A stretch of DNA of 64,000 bases, taken from Chthoniobacteraceae bacterium. GTDB lineage: Bacteria; Verrucomicrobiota; Verrucomicrobiia; Chthoniobacterales; Chthoniobacteraceae. Each line of letters starts with the position of its first letter. Position 1 is the stretch's first letter. The notes beneath the pieces were generated by a model, which saw only the letters and a list, made by a program, of their open reading frames with translations, was not told the origin of the DNA and made no database searches. The translations under genes were made by a program, and so were the position numbers. The DNA lies in NCBI GenBank assembly GCA_040081625.1, contig JBEBGD010000008.1, positions 37,607 through 101,606 of the forward strand. Reading direction: 5' to 3'. This document shows, piece by piece, positions 10,547 through 19,192 of this stretch.

Positions 10547-11329
10547 ATGAAAGTCGTCATTCTCTGCGGCGGAAAGGGAACCCGGCTCCGGGAAGAAACC
10601 GAGTATCGACCGAAGCCAATGGTGCCGATCGGCGACCGGCCCATCCTCTGGCACATCATGAAGGGGTATGCGGTGCATGGCTTCAAGGAGTTCATCCTTT
10701 GCCTGGGTTCCAAGGGCGAGATGATCAAGGAGTATTTCCGGAACTACCAATGGATGGCCACCGACGTGACGTTGAGCCTAGGCCCGAAACCCGCCGTCCA
10801 TTTCCACGATCGCCACGATGAGGAGGACTGGTCGGTGACGCTGGCCGACACCGGCCTCGAGACGATGACCGGCGGACGACTCAATCGCATCCGGCGTTAT
10901 CTCGGAAGCGACGAGACGTTCCTCTTCACCTACGGCGACGGCGTCGGGAATATCGACATCCCGGCGGCAGTCGCGTTTCACCGTGCGCATGGGAAGCTGC
11001 TCACGCTCACCGCGGTGCATCCGCCGGGGCGGTTTGGCGAACTCGGGATCGCGCCGGGTGGCGTCGTGCGCGAGTTCGACGAAAAGCCGCAGACCGAGGG
11101 CGGCTGGATCAATGGCGGCTTTTTCGTCGCCTCATCCCGCGTGTTCGATTTCATCCCCGACGACGATCAGGCGGTCTTCGAGCAGGAAGCCGTGCGCGCG
11201 ATCGCCGCGGCCGGCGAGTTGCGCGCGTTCGAGCACCGCGGCTTTTGGCAGCCGATGGATACGCACCGCGAATTCCTGCTCCTGGACCGCCTTTGGACCG
11301 AGGCCAGGGCGCCGTGGAAGACGTGGTGA
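10547..11329 (+). CDS. rfbF: Glucose-1-phosphate cytidylyltransferase
   Basis: MKVVILCGGKGTRLREETEYRPKPMVPIG, DTGLETMTGGRL, TYGDGV, GFWQPMDT and C-terminal APWKTW. ATG at 10547. Confidence 0.93.
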   Translation: MKVVILCGGKGTRLREETEYRPKPMVPIGDRPILWHIMKGYAVHGFKEFILCLGSKGEMIKEYFRNYQWMATDVTLSLGPKPAVHFHDRHDEEDWSVTLADTGLETMTGGRLNRIRRYLGSDETFLFTYGDGVGNIDIPAAVAFHRAHGKLLTLTAVHPPGRFGELGIAPGGVVREFDEKPQTEGGWINGGFFVASSRVFDFIPDDDQAVFEQEAVRAIAAAGELRAFEHRGFWQPMDTHREFLLLDRLWTEARAPWKTW

Positions 11330-11331
11330 CG

Positions 11332-12450
11332 ATGCCTTTCGGCGATGTCTTTCGCGGCAGGCGCGTGCTGCTCACCGGCCACACCGGATTCAAGGGCGCG
11401 TGGCTCGCCGAGTGGCTGCTGACGCTCGGCGCGGAAGTCACAGGATTCGCGCTGGCGCCGCCGACGGAGCCGTCGCTCTTCGTGCAACTGGGCCTCGAAG
11501 CGCGACTCGATCACCATCCCGGCGACATCCGCGACGAAGCGGCGGTTCGCCGGGTCGTGGACGATGCGCGGCCTGAGTTCGTGTTCCACCTCGCGGCACA
11601 GTCGCTCGTGCGCCTTTCCTACGCGCAGCCGGTCGGGACGTTTGCCACCAACGCGATGGGCACGGCGCATGTGCTCGAAGCGATTCGTCTCGCGGGCCGG
11701 CCGTGTGTCGTCGTGAGCGTGACTTCCGACAAATGCTACGAACCTCGCGAAGGGTCCGCCGCCTTCTGCGAAGACGACCGGCTCGGCGGGCACGATCCCT
11801 ACAGCTCGAGCAAGGCCGCCGCCGAGCTCGTCATCGCGGCTTACCAGCGCTCATTTTTTCAAGCGGATCGCGCTCCCGGCGTGGCACTCGCCAGCGGGCG
11901 CGCGGGGAATGTCGTCGGGGGAGGGGATTGGGCGGCGGATCGGCTCGTCCCGGATGCCATGGCCGCGCTCGATCGCGGGGTGCCGATCCCGGTGCGCAAT
12001 CCGCTATCCACGCGGCCGTGGCAGCACGTGCTCGAGCCGCTGGCTGGCTATCTCGCGCTCGCCGCGGCGCTCGCGGAAGCGCAGCGCGAGAACGATCGCG
12101 CGCGAGTCGCCGACCTCGCGTCATCCTTCAATTTTGGCTCGCACCCCGATTCCACCCGCAGCGTGCGCGATGTCGTGGCCGAGATTTTGAAGCACCGCAC
12201 CGGCACATGGAATGCGACCGGCGATGCGAACGCCGTGCATGAAGCCGTGACGCTGAACCTCGCGATCGACAAGGCCGCCGACCTGCTCGGTTGGACGCCG
12301 GTGTGGGGGTTCGAGCGCGCGATTGCGGAGACGGTTCGATGGTATCGCAGCGCGGTGGATTCCGATCCCGATGAGCTGACGCGGGAGCAGATCCGCGCCT
12401 ACTTGCATGAAGCGTCCGCAGCCGGGCTGCGGTGGGCGGTCGGGCGATGA
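11332..12450 (+). CDS. rfbG: CDP-glucose 4,6-dehydratase
   Basis: VLLTGHTGFKGAWL, FHLAAQSLVRLSY, TSDKCY, DPYSSSKA, RAGNVVGGGDWAADRLVPD, RPWQHVLEPL. Follows rfbF. Confidence 0.93.
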   Translation: MPFGDVFRGRRVLLTGHTGFKGAWLAEWLLTLGAEVTGFALAPPTEPSLFVQLGLEARLDHHPGDIRDEAAVRRVVDDARPEFVFHLAAQSLVRLSYAQPVGTFATNAMGTAHVLEAIRLAGRPCVVVSVTSDKCYEPREGSAAFCEDDRLGGHDPYSSSKAAAELVIAAYQRSFFQADRAPGVALASGRAGNVVGGGDWAADRLVPDAMAALDRGVPIPVRNPLSTRPWQHVLEPLAGYLALAAALAEAQRENDRARVADLASSFNFGSHPDSTRSVRDVVAEILKHRTGTWNATGDANAVHEAVTLNLAIDKAADLLGWTPVWGFERAIAETVRWYRSAVDSDPDELTREQIRAYLHEASAAGLRWAVGR

Positions 12451-13676
12451 GCGGGCCATTCCGCTGCCTTTCGTGTGGCAGTCCGCACGGGCGCACCGTC
12501 CTCGATCTCGGTTCGCAACCGCTCGCCAACAATCTCCTGCGGCCCGCCGATCTCGGCAAAACTGAGCCGCGCTTTCCGCTGCGCGTCGCCGTCTGCGAAG
12601 CCTGCTGGCTGCTGCAAATCACGGAGGTCGTCCCGCCGGTCGAGCTGTTCTCCGAGTATCCTTACTTCTCGTCGTTTTCGGATTCCTTCGTCCGGCACGC
12701 GCGTGCGGCGGCTGAGCGCTACGCGCGGGAGTTTGCCCTCGGCCCCGCGAGCTCTGTCGTCGAGATCGCGAGCAATGACGGGTGCCTGTTGCGAAACTTC
12801 ATCCGGCTCGGCGTGCCCTGCCTCGGCATCGAACCGGCAGCCAACGTCGCCGACGTGGCGCGCGCTCACGGCGTGGAAACCATCGCCGATTTTTTTGGCG
12901 GAAAACTCGCCGAACGAATTGCGGACGAGGACGGACCAGCCGACCTGATCCTCGGCAACAACGTGCTCGCGCACGCGCCGGACACGAACGATTTCGTCGC
13001 GGGCCTCGCGCGACTGTTGCGGCGTGGCGGACGCATCGTGCTGGAGTTCCCCTATGCCGTCGATCTCGTCGCGCAGACCGAGTTCGACACGATCTATCAC
13101 GAGCACGTTTTTTACTTCACGCTGACGTCGTTGCAGCCGCTCTTCGCGCGGCACGCGCTCGAGATTATTCATGTCGAGCACCTGGACATTCACGGCGGCT
13201 CGCTCCGCATTTTCGTCGGCCATCCGGGTGATCACGCGCGCGAAACTTCAGTCGGCGGGTTCCTCGCGCGGGAAGCGGCGCTCGGCGTCGGGAGCATCGC
13301 GCTGTATGAAAACTTCGCGGCGCACGTGGAGCGCGTCCGGCACGAACTCCTCGCGTTGCTCGCGAGACTCCGCGCCGGGGGAAAGTCGATCGCCGCCTAC
13401 GGCGCATCGGCCAAGGGCAGCACGCTGCTGAACTTTCTCCAGCCGCCCGCCGGCACGATCGAGTTCATCGTGGACCGCAGCCCGCACAAGCAGGGCGCGC
13501 TGAGTCCCGGCCTGCATCTTCCGATTCTCCCGCCCGAAACTCTGCTCGCGCGGCAGCCGGATTTTGCGCTGCTGCTGACGTGGAATTTTGCCGGCGAAAT
13601 CTTCGATCAACAGGCGGAATACCGCGCGCGGGGCGGCCGCTTCATCGTGCCGATCCCGCAGGTGACGATAAGATGA
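12447..13676 (+). CDS. NDP-hexose C-methyltransferase family protein
   Basis: N-terminal Zn-binding CxxC...CxxC, VEIASNDG, FDTIYHEHVFYF, HGGSLR, YGASAKG, LLLTWNF. ATGA overlap with rfbG. Confidence 0.88.
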   Translation: MSGPFRCLSCGSPHGRTVLDLGSQPLANNLLRPADLGKTEPRFPLRVAVCEACWLLQITEVVPPVELFSEYPYFSSFSDSFVRHARAAAERYAREFALGPASSVVEIASNDGCLLRNFIRLGVPCLGIEPAANVADVARAHGVETIADFFGGKLAERIADEDGPADLILGNNVLAHAPDTNDFVAGLARLLRRGGRIVLEFPYAVDLVAQTEFDTIYHEHVFYFTLTSLQPLFARHALEIIHVEHLDIHGGSLRIFVGHPGDHARETSVGGFLAREAALGVGSIALYENFAAHVERVRHELLALLARLRAGGKSIAAYGASAKGSTLLNFLQPPAGTIEFIVDRSPHKQGALSPGLHLPILPPETLLARQPDFALLLTWNFAGEIFDQQAEYRARGGRFIVPIPQVTIR

Positions 13677-13683
13677 CCGCGCC

Positions 13684-14220
13684 ATGAAATTTGAACGCAC
13701 CATCTTTGACGGATTGTGGATCGTGGAGATCGAGTCCGCCGTGGACGAGCGCGGTTCCTTTGCGCGGACGTTTTGCGCGGATGAGTTCGCCGCTCACGGT
13801 CTCCAGACGGCTTGGGCGCAGACCAATATCTCGCGCAACTCGCTGCGCGGGACGCTGCGCGGTTTGCATTTCCAGTCCGGGCCGCAGCCCGAGGTGAAGC
13901 TGATTCGCTGCACCGCCGGCGCGATCTTCGATGTCGTCGTGGATGTGCGCCGCGACTCGCCGACCTTCGGCCGCTGGCAGGGCTTTGAACTCACCGCGAC
14001 CAGCGGTCGCGCGCTCCATGTGCCGGGTGGATTCGCGCACGGCATTCAGGCGATCACAGACGATGCGGAGGTTTCTTACATGATGAGCACGGCCTACGAC
14101 CCCGGCCTCGCGCGCGGCATCCGGTGGGATGATCCCGCCGTCGGCATCAAATGGCCGCTGCTACCCATCGCGATCTCGCCGCGTGATCGCGCGCTGCCGC
14201 TGCTGGCGGAACTCGCGTGA
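13684..14220 (+). CDS. rfbC: NDP-4-dehydro-6-deoxyhexose 3,5-epimerase (RmlC/RfbC family)
   Basis: DERGSFAR, GTLRGLHFQ, FDVVVDVRRDSPTFGRW, GFAHG, GIRWDDP. Confidence 0.9.
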   Translation: MKFERTIFDGLWIVEIESAVDERGSFARTFCADEFAAHGLQTAWAQTNISRNSLRGTLRGLHFQSGPQPEVKLIRCTAGAIFDVVVDVRRDSPTFGRWQGFELTATSGRALHVPGGFAHGIQAITDDAEVSYMMSTAYDPGLARGIRWDDPAVGIKWPLLPIAISPRDRALPLLAELA

Positions 14221-15104
14221 GGATTCTCATCACCGGCGCCACGGGTTTCATCGGTCGCGCGTGCGCGTGCGCGGCGCTCGCCCGCGGGCACGAAGTCGCC
14301 GCGCTCGTGCGTCCCGGTTCGTCGCGGCCCGTCGATGCCGCGCTCGTGCGGATCGACGGCGAGCTCGCCCGGCCGGACTGGCGCGCGATCGAAGCCTTCG
14401 CGCCGGACTCCTGCCTGCACACTGCGTGGATCGCGACGCCCGGCGAATACCTGCTCTCGCCGCTCAATCACGACTACCTCGACTGGAGCGTCGCCTTCCT
14501 CCATGGCCTCGCCGGGCGCGGCGTGCGCCACTGCATCGCGACCGGCACCTGCCTCGAGTATGCGCCGCAGGACGGGCCGCTGCGCGAAGACGCATCGCCG
14601 CTCGCCCCGGCCTCGCCATATGCGCGGAGCAAGGACGCGCTGCGTCGCGCGATGGAGAGCAGCGCGCTTGACCTCGGCTGGGCGCGCATCTTCCTTCCGT
14701 TTGGCCCGGGCGAAGACCCGCGCCGCCTCCCGACCTCGATCATCCAACACACCTTGAAGCAAGAATCCATCGTGCTGAAAACGCCTGACAGCATCCGGGA
14801 TTTCGTCTTCATCGGCGACGTCGCCGGGGCGCTGCTCACCGCTCTCGAGCATCGCTTTTGCGGAAGCCTCAATGTGGGCACCGGCGTCGGCGTGAGCGTT
14901 CGTGAATTCGCCGCGCACATCGCGCGGCTTCTCGGTGAGCCAGCCCGCGTCATTGCGGCTGAAGCGGCGGTCGATCCGTATCCGGCGATCGTCGCCGATC
15001 CCGCGCGGCTCTGCGCGCTCGGCTGGCGCCCTCGCACTTCGATCGAGGACGGTCTTGCGCAGATCATCCGTTCGTTCGCTCCTGAATCAATCACTCCCTT
15101 ATGA
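14217..15104 (+). CDS. NAD-dependent epimerase/dehydratase/reductase (extended SDR)
   Basis: ILITGATGFIG Rossmann motif, GTCLEY, YARSK, RDFVFIGDVA. GTGA overlap with rfbC. Confidence 0.85.
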   Translation: MRILITGATGFIGRACACAALARGHEVAALVRPGSSRPVDAALVRIDGELARPDWRAIEAFAPDSCLHTAWIATPGEYLLSPLNHDYLDWSVAFLHGLAGRGVRHCIATGTCLEYAPQDGPLREDASPLAPASPYARSKDALRRAMESSALDLGWARIFLPFGPGEDPRRLPTSIIQHTLKQESIVLKTPDSIRDFVFIGDVAGALLTALEHRFCGSLNVGTGVGVSVREFAAHIARLLGEPARVIAAEAAVDPYPAIVADPARLCALGWRPRTSIEDGLAQIIRSFAPESITPL

Positions 15105-16042
15105 TCAAACTCTCATCGCCGACATTGGCCGGACACACACCGATGGAGTTGGGGGAAGACGTGACGGTCGGGATCTCGACCTACGGGCACTGCCCGACGA
15201 CGCTCACCGCGCTCCAATCGCTATTCCTCGCGGCTCGCGGAAATTTTGAGCTGTTGCTGATCGATAATCACTCGCCGGACGAGGCGGTGCGGGATCTCAT
15301 CCGGCAGGCGCGGCTGGAGCATCCGAACACGACGTCGTTTTTCTATTCCGAGAACCGCGAATACTCCGGCGCGGTCAACGGCATCCTCTCCCACGCCCGC
15401 GGTCAATGGGTCATCTTCCTCTCGAACGACATCTTTGTAACGCCCGACTATCTGCGCGAAATCATGGCCGCCGTCCGCGCGAATCCGCGACACGGCATCG
15501 TGCGCGGCTGCTCGAACTTCGTGGACAACAAAAAGCCGTCCCACAACGTGCAACTCAGTCGCGCGCCGACGACGTTCGAGGATCTCTTCGCGGTGGGAAA
15601 GACAGTCGCCGCGCAGTATCCCCGAGAGCCCATCATCGATGAGTTTTTCGTCGGCGATGCGTTTGTCGTTTCGCGCGCAGTGCTCGATCGGATCGGCACC
15701 TACGACCCGGCATTCTTCGGCTACTTCGCCGATCCCGATTTCGGCCTGCGCACCCAGATTTCCGGCTTCGAACATGTGCTCGTGCCCAGCGCTTTCGCCT
15801 ACCACCAGAGGGAGGCAAATTTCAACTGCCTGCCGCAGGTGGCCCGTGATGAAAAGTTGGCCGAAAGATGGCGGCTCGTGGATCTAAACTGGAACCGGTT
15901 CAGGGCGAAGTATGGGTTGCCAGCGGACGAGCCCTATTCGTCGATCTCGCAAGTGCCGTGGCAGGCTTTGAGGTCGGTGCCTTTCGACCCGGCGAAGCAT
16001 TACTCGGCGCCGGGCGATTACTCCGCCGACCGGCTTCCGTAG
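15101..16042 (+). CDS. Glycosyltransferase family 2
   Basis: LLLIDNHSPD, GAVNGILSHARGQWVIFLSND and IGTYDPAFFGYFADPDFGLR match GT2 motifs. Confidence 0.8.
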   Translation: MIKLSSPTLAGHTPMELGEDVTVGISTYGHCPTTLTALQSLFLAARGNFELLLIDNHSPDEAVRDLIRQARLEHPNTTSFFYSENREYSGAVNGILSHARGQWVIFLSNDIFVTPDYLREIMAAVRANPRHGIVRGCSNFVDNKKPSHNVQLSRAPTTFEDLFAVGKTVAAQYPREPIIDEFFVGDAFVVSRAVLDRIGTYDPAFFGYFADPDFGLRTQISGFEHVLVPSAFAYHQREANFNCLPQVARDEKLAERWRLVDLNWNRFRAKYGLPADEPYSSISQVPWQALRSVPFDPAKHYSAPGDYSADRLP

Positions 16043-16058
16043 CGCGCCGGTCCCCGCT

Positions 16059-16679
16059 TCAGCGCGCCTTCCGGATCACCGCCAGGCCGTGATGGAATGC
16101 GACGCTGTGAATGTCTGTCGTCACGTCGCGCGCCCGCGCCAGCGCGCCGCGCGCCTGCATTCCGGTGGTCAGACCGAAGAGGAACTGCATCACGTTCACG
16201 CCCGCGGGACAATGCTCCGCGCTCCAAGCGGTGTGCAGGTCCTCGATGATCCAGACTCCGCCCGGCGACACGTGCTTCCACCCGAGTTGGAATCCCGCGG
16301 TCTGTTCCGTGGCGAGATGGCTGCCGTCGTCGATGACGATGTCCTGCGCCCCGATCCCCGGCCAGAGACCCGGATCGGTCGCGGACGCGCGGAGGATCGT
16401 GATGCGCGGGTCGGGCAACGGCATGCACCGCGTCGTGTCGATGTCGATGCCGATGAAGCGGGCGTCCGCATGGCGAAACCACGCCGCCCACATCGCGATG
16501 CTCGATCCGCCGAGGACGCCGATTTCGAGCAGTCGCACGGGCTGGGCGAGCAGCGGGCGCAACAGCTCCTCGTAGATCGGAGCGTAGCCGTGGAATGCGC
16601 TGCATTTGTCGGTCCCGAACGCGAGCGCCAGGTCGTCCAGCGAAGCGGATTCGGGGGCGGATTGGGAGACTTCGGGCAT
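16059..16679 (-). CDS. Class I SAM-dependent O-methyltransferase (sugar O-MT-like)
   Basis: FGTDK...HGYAPIYE, LLEIGVLGGSS, GIDID, DIVIDDGSH, GGVWIIEDLHT. Confidence 0.8.
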   Translation of the reverse strand: MPEVSQSAPESASLDDLALAFGTDKCSAFHGYAPIYEELLRPLLAQPVRLLEIGVLGGSSIAMWAAWFRHADARFIGIDIDTTRCMPLPDPRITILRASATDPGLWPGIGAQDIVIDDGSHLATEQTAGFQLGWKHVSPGGVWIIEDLHTAWSAEHCPAGVNVMQFLFGLTTGMQARGALARARDVTTDIHSVAFHHGLAVIRKAR

Positions 16680-16796
16680 GGAGGCGGGGCGCGCACCAAA
16701 GTAGAGCGAGCGCGCCGGCGCAAGGCGAGATCGGCGAGGGGCGTGCGCGGGTCAAAGAGCGTGCGCACACGCGAGCCCTATGTATATGGCCGCGCC

Positions 16797-18809
16797 ATGC
16801 CCCACCTGACGCCCCAGCAAGCGCTCGATCTCGCGATGGATCACCACGCCGCGGGCCGATTTGCGGAGGCTGAGAATTTCTACCGCAAGCTGCTCGCGGT
16901 CGAGCCGGGGAATCCCGACATCATCCACCTCCTCGGCGCCGTCGCCGCGAACACGAACCGGCAGGCAGAGGGACTCGTGCTGATGGAGCGCGCGATCGCG
17001 ATGAATCCGAACGTCGCGCGTTACCACAGCAACCTCGGCACGCTGCTGCTGAACATGCGCGACTACGATCGCGCGATCACCTGCTACCAGGAGGCGCTGC
17101 GGCTCGACCCGAACTGCGCCGGCGCCTACTACAACATGGGCCTCACCCGCTTCAACCAGCGGCGCTGGGACGAGTCGATCGCGGCCTATCGCGCGGCGCT
17201 GCGGCTCCAGCCGGACTACCCGGCCTGCGAGCTCAACCTCGGCTCCTCGCTCGTCGCCGCCGGGCAGATCGACGCCGCCATCGGGCTCTATCGCTCCGTG
17301 CTCCAGCGGCGGCCCGGCGACGCGCCCATCGCGACGAATCTCGGCAATTGCCTCAAGGAAAAGGGGGAGCTGGACGCCGCGATCGAGGTCTATCGCCACG
17401 CGCTCGCGATCGCCCCGGGGGACGCTCCGACATGGAACAACCTGGGTGTAGCGCTCAAGGACCAGGGGATGATCGAAGGCTCGATCGCTGCCTTTCAGCA
17501 CAGCCTCGAGCTGCAGCCCGGCAGCGCCGAGGTCCGCAGCAATCTCGTCTTCACGATGCTCTTCGATCCGCGCTGCGAACCGGCGGCGCTCGCCGCCGAG
17601 GAGCGCGAGTGGAATCGCCACCACGTCGCGCCGCTTCGCGCGCAGTTCCAGCCGCACGCCAACGACCGCTCGCCGGAGCGCCGTTTGCGCGTCGGCTACG
17701 TCTCCGCGGACTTCCGCGAGCACGTCGTCGGGCGCGCGCTCTTGCCGGTCTTCGAGAGGCACGACCGTGAAAAAGTCGAGGTCGTCTGCTACGCGGTTTG
17801 CGCGCCCGATCCTGTCACCCGTCGTTTTGTGGAAAAAGCCGCGCTCTGGCGCGACGTCGCCGACGTTCCCGATGCGGAACTCGCCGCAAGGATCCGCGAC
17901 GATGGCATCGACATCCTCGTCGATCTCGCGCTCCATACTTCGGACAACCGGCTGAAGCTCTTCGCCCACAAACCGGCTCCAGTGCAGGTTTCGTGGCTGG
18001 GCTATCCGGGTTCGTCCGGCGTGGAGACGATCGACTGGCGGATCACCGATCCCTTCCTCGAGCCGCCCGGTGGCGAGTCGTCGCCGTCGGCCGAGCAGCC
18101 CTTCCGTCTGCCGCACTGCTGGAGCTGCTACGAACCGCCGGCCGGCTCGCCGCCGGTAAATGCGCTTCCCGTCCTCAGCCGGGGATTTTTCACGTTCGGA
18201 TCGCTCAACAATTTCTGCAAGATCAACGACACCGTCCTCGAGACGTGGGCGCGCATCCTCGGCGCGGTCGCTGAGTCGCGCCTGGTGCTGCTCACGAAGA
18301 CCGGCAGCCACCGCTCGCGCATGGCGGATTTCATGCGTGCGCACGGCATCGCGCCGGAGCGGTTCGAGTTCCTCGATTACCGCTCCTCGGCGGAGGGTCT
18401 TGCGCCCGGCGATTACCTGCGCCGCTACGAGCGGATCGACCTCGCGCTCGATACCTTCCCCTACAACGGGATGACCACGACCTTCGACGCGCTCTGGATG
18501 GGCGTGCCGGTCGTTTCGCTCGTCGGAAAGTTCAGCCTCGGCCGCGCCGGGCTGAGCATTTTGTCGAACGTCGGGCTGTCGGAATTTGCCGTCGAATCGC
18601 GCGACGATTACGTGCGTTGTGCCGTCGAGTCCGCGCACAAGATTCAGCGCCTCGTCGAATTGCGGACCGGCCTGCGATCAAGGCTGCAAGCCTCTCCGCT
18701 GCTCGATCCCGCCGCGCTCACGCGCGAAGTCGAGGCCGCGTATCGTGCGATGTGGCGGTGCTGGTGCGGAACGCAATCCGCGGCGCTTCCGGGTGCTGAG
18801 ATTCGCTGA
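16797..18809 (+). CDS. TPR-repeat GT41 (SPINDLY/O-GlcNAc transferase-like) glycosyltransferase
   Basis: About 7 N-terminal TPRs, then RLRVGYVSADFREHVVG, IDILVDLALHT, KPAPVQVSWLGYPGSSG, FGSLNNFCKI and DLALDTFPYNGMTTTFDALWMGVPVVSL. ATG at 16797; no signal peptide. Confidence 0.9.
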   Translation: MPHLTPQQALDLAMDHHAAGRFAEAENFYRKLLAVEPGNPDIIHLLGAVAANTNRQAEGLVLMERAIAMNPNVARYHSNLGTLLLNMRDYDRAITCYQEALRLDPNCAGAYYNMGLTRFNQRRWDESIAAYRAALRLQPDYPACELNLGSSLVAAGQIDAAIGLYRSVLQRRPGDAPIATNLGNCLKEKGELDAAIEVYRHALAIAPGDAPTWNNLGVALKDQGMIEGSIAAFQHSLELQPGSAEVRSNLVFTMLFDPRCEPAALAAEEREWNRHHVAPLRAQFQPHANDRSPERRLRVGYVSADFREHVVGRALLPVFERHDREKVEVVCYAVCAPDPVTRRFVEKAALWRDVADVPDAELAARIRDDGIDILVDLALHTSDNRLKLFAHKPAPVQVSWLGYPGSSGVETIDWRITDPFLEPPGGESSPSAEQPFRLPHCWSCYEPPAGSPPVNALPVLSRGFFTFGSLNNFCKINDTVLETWARILGAVAESRLVLLTKTGSHRSRMADFMRAHGIAPERFEFLDYRSSAEGLAPGDYLRRYERIDLALDTFPYNGMTTTFDALWMGVPVVSLVGKFSLGRAGLSILSNVGLSEFAVESRDDYVRCAVESAHKIQRLVELRTGLRSRLQASPLLDPAALTREVEAAYRAMWRCWCGTQSAALPGAEIR

Positions 18810-19192
18810 CGGAAACCGAGGTTCCGACGTGACGGCTGAATGGGGCGAAGGTTTACGGGGAAAGTAATTTAATTGCGAGCAGCCTCGCGCGGTGCGGTGC
18901 GTGGAGTCGGGCATTTCCCGCAAGTCGCGGTGCACGGACGATCGGCTGCCAAGCCGCATGAATACAAGCTTTGTCGGGATTTCGCCGCGCCGGTCGGGGT
19001 GGCCTTTCCGGCCCGTCGCAGTCTTGCATTCCGGGATTGCACGAACGCCCCCCAAAAACGTGCGCGGAACCGCAAAGAAATCCTTTACAGCCCAGTGTCA
19101 CAGGGTTCTTGTGCGACCAATCCCGGTTGGGAGCGGTGTGTCCGCACACCTCTCCCTCCCCCCCAAACTCCCCGCTCAGTCCCACTACTCCT

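Noticed and set aside
16089..16796. 236-aa N-terminal extension of the GT41 ORF
   Set aside because: It overlaps the opposite-strand methyltransferase; TPR-like sequence begins at ATG 16797.
18971..19192. Upstream extension of the giant ORF (8,294 aa version)
   Set aside because: It starts at TTG, has non-protein-like composition and lies before the signal peptide.
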